Positions 63,485 through 64,000 of a stretch of 64,000 nt of DNA are shown in pieces (positions within the stretch are counted from its first letter, which is position 1; each line of letters opens with the position of its first letter). The translations under genes were made by a program, and so were the position numbers. Location: assembly GCA_044892525.1 (NCBI GenBank), contig CM097885.1:23746001-23810000 (forward strand), read 5' to 3'. The notes under the pieces were generated by a model that searched no databases, was not told where the DNA came from, and saw only the letters and a list, made by a program, of their open reading frames with translations. The stretch is from Schmidtea polychroa (lineage: Eukaryota).

Positions 63485-64000
63485 TATGGTTTAAATGAAA
63501 TGAAAAATGGGGATATTAGTTGTATTCCTACCAGCAGCGAAAAGTTTTTGACTTTAACAGCAAGAGTCGATAGTTTAAGCATTAAATTTATCGATTCTGG
63601 TCAATTTGTTAGTTCCAGTTTAAATGAACTACAACATCAGTCGAATTTAGGGGGACTGTTGTTAATTCAAAGAGGATATTCCCATATAATTTTGCAACTT
63701 CTTTAGAAGATTTAAAAGATATTTATGACTTACCACCAATTTGGGAAGGAGTCACGGTCGATGAATATGAAAAGGCACAACATATCTGGACAGAATTTCA
63801 TTGTGAATCATTGTTTGATTACATGATGTTATATCTTAAATTGGATGTTTTCTTTCTAGCTAACTATTTTCAACAACTTCGTTCAAAATCTATTGCACAT
63901 AATCGATTTGAACCTCTTAATTTCTTGGGCATTCCAGGCATGAGCCGGAGTTCCGCTTTGATGACTTTGAAATCTCCTATCGAGCTGTTACAAGATATGG
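63485..64000 (+). pseudogene. polB: Downstream fragment of the older Polinton polB, inverted relative to the other two pieces
   Basis: GLNEMKN.DISCIPTSSEKF..KFIDS.QF..LFDYMMLYLKLDVF..EPLNFLGIPGMS. Confidence 0.9.

Overview
AT-rich eukaryotic DNA made almost entirely of mobile elements and endogenous virus. It has several assembly N-gaps, and I found no ordinary host gene. The centrepiece is an apparently complete ~15.8-kb Polinton/Maverick (adintovirus-like endogenous dsDNA virus) at 42724-58501, with AGTAG...CTACT ends, long TIRs and a perfect 6-bp target duplication (GTGCTC). It has the full core set: protein-primed PolB, adenain-like protease, major and minor capsid, two small core-like proteins, integrase and packaging ATPase. 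It also has an unusual accessory block: a TATA-binding-protein (TBP) homologue, a spliced Bcl-2-family protein with BH1, BH2 and a tail anchor, and three unknown genes. Seven GT-AG introns (six of 37-47 nt, one of 542 nt) rebuild reading frames that the ORF track misses. The virus sits inside an unclassified ~4-kb TG...CA element (4-bp TSD) that recurs in the window and has no recognisable transposase. That element in turn interrupts an older Polinton polB, whose third piece lies inverted at the window end. The rest is hAT (one intact), Tc1/IS630, pogo, MULE and Chapaev-like relics, MITEs and LTR/PBS stubs. All protein assignments come from motif recognition by eye; no database searches were run.
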